NCBI GenBank assembly: GCA_002633005.1
Contig: NMRA01000164.1
Span: 685,338 to 749,337, forward strand
Direction of reading: 5' to 3'
Length of the DNA stretch: 64,000 bases
DNA from: Phoronis australis
Taxonomy: Eukaryota; Animalia; Phoronida
Part shown: positions 62,480 through 64,000 of the stretch, in pieces
Layout of the letters: each line of letters opens with the position of its first letter
Numbering within the stretch: the first letter of the stretch is position 1
The notes under the pieces: generated by a model
The model's database searches: none
What the model saw: only the letters and a program-made list of their open reading frames with translations
Told to the model about the DNA's origin: nothing
Translations under genes and position numbers: made by a program

Positions 62480-64000
62480 GTTTCTTTTTTATAAATGTTC
62501 ATTATGAAATATTCAGTACAATAAATATAAATACCCAGGAAGCGCCAAGAGGTATTGTATCTGGGTTAAATACATAAAAAGAGATCTATATTCAATTATT
62601 ATACAGAAATACATAAATTAAACAGACTGACGTTAAGATTACAATGACATATCATATGATTACGAATCTAAATAAATTATTTCCGTACACAATAAGTTAT
62701 TTTACATATATAAAGTTTTGTCAACTCCCACAAAGAGATTTACTGTTAAAAAGAAATTTTGACACTATTTTGAATAAAACCATATTTTCACTTTGGTCGA
62801 GTTCTTTACATCCATATAGAAAAAAATTAATTTCGTTATAAATTTGAGAAATATCTGAATAATTTTTGTAAACATTTGGGTATTGTTCGAGTGTCTGGAA
62901 AAGCTGTACCCTCTGCTCCCCGCATACCGTACAAGCAAAGAAAACATGAGTACGTGTCTGAGTGTCTCCACAAGAACACAAAGATGAAATATTATTAAAA
63001 TTATGTCTGAATTAGTCGTTGTTTAAGAATAGACCGCATCTTGATCTGTATGAGATTATTTCATGGTTGCGAGGAAGTTGGAATGATGTCAATGGGACTG
63101 GTAAGTATTGAGTAGTGGTATGCAGTTTAGAGTAATTTTGAGAGTGACGATTGAAGTGCTTTCTTTTATTTTGGATGAAAATTAATTCAAGTTGTTAATG
63201 CAAGTTAACATCGTAGATCTTCTGAAGGCTTGGATGAGCGAAGATGGAAAAGTATATTTATTACTTTGCCGCAGAGATGGTTTTGTGTTAAGTCTTTTGT
63301 AGGAGTCAAAGAGGATTTTGTTTGAATAATTGCTTAATACATTGAATGTGTACATGGACAAGTGGAGTTTACGACGGGTTGCTAGTTTGCTCCAGTTATG
63401 ACTATTTAGAACCTTGATTGTGTTGGATCCTTTGTATGCTCCTGTTATGGCTAAAACTGCCTGGTATTGTGGTCTTTCTAATCGAAGAAGCATGCCTGCA
63501 TTTGCTGATTGGTAGCTTATGTCACAGTAATCTAGATGTGGAAGTACAAAAGACAGAGTTTCAAGATGCATGGAGTTAAGATGACGAGAGACGATTTTAA
63601 TTGGATTGATTAATTTTTGTACTTTATGAACGAGTTCGCGACAGCGGGGAATAAATGTAAGCTTATGGTCCAGTATCAAACCAAGGTGTTTATGTGTGAG
63701 CTTTTTGGGAATAACTTCCCCAGTGAGTGATAGGTCCATCATTGAATTTTCTAGAGAGTGAGTATAATGACACTTAGAAAATATAAGATCAACACTTTTT
63801 TCAGGTTTAAATTTCATCTTCCATTTCTGAGACCAGTCATAGAATTTGTTTAGGTCAGTTTGTAACTGTAAGGAGTCATGGGGACGCTCTTTTGAGAATA
63901 GGTAGAAAATTGCAGTATCATCAGCATATAAGAATGTTTTAGAGTTTATTGTGCCTGGGAAAAGAGTAGGAGCCCAGTACGCTACCCTGTGGTACTCCAG
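62480..64000 (-). mobile_element. CR1/L2-like LINE: RT domain, C-terminus and 3' UTR (runs off the window)
   Basis: GVPQGSVLG...FLYADDT...LQTDLNKFYDWSQKWKMKFKPEKS...HKHLGLILDHKLTF...PHLDYC; LCSCG...HVFFAC; stops and deletions; A-rich tail at ~62480. Confidence 0.92.

Overview
AT-rich, repeat-dense eukaryotic DNA, most likely from an invertebrate animal; the species cannot be determined from the sequence. The main feature is one large minus-strand, intron-rich gene spanning about 17.5-61.8 kb. I reconstructed 19 exons by hand (GT-AG junctions, consistent phases, about 1000 codons in the window); its 5' exons appear to lie beyond position 64000. It encodes an intact astacin (M12A) zinc metalloprotease domain ([21 protein letters not shown], Met-turn SIMHY), an EGF-like module and about 16 ShKT (ShK toxin-like) domains on symmetric phase-1 exons. 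Three of these exons are duplicates with a non-canonical Cys spacing. The rest is mostly transposon relics: a TIR-bounded ISL2EU-like element with an intron-split THAP pseudogene, CR1/L2- and L1/Tx1-like LINE fragments, solo LTRs, Kolobok-like TTAA elements, a Helentron-associated (HINE-like) element, a 3-kb foldback element rich in octamer palindromes, several MITE families and tRNA-derived SINEs. One intron also holds a frameshifted ubiquitin-specific protease (USP/C19) fragment. Most entries in the supplied ORF track are spurious. All translations and alignments were done by eye, with no database search.
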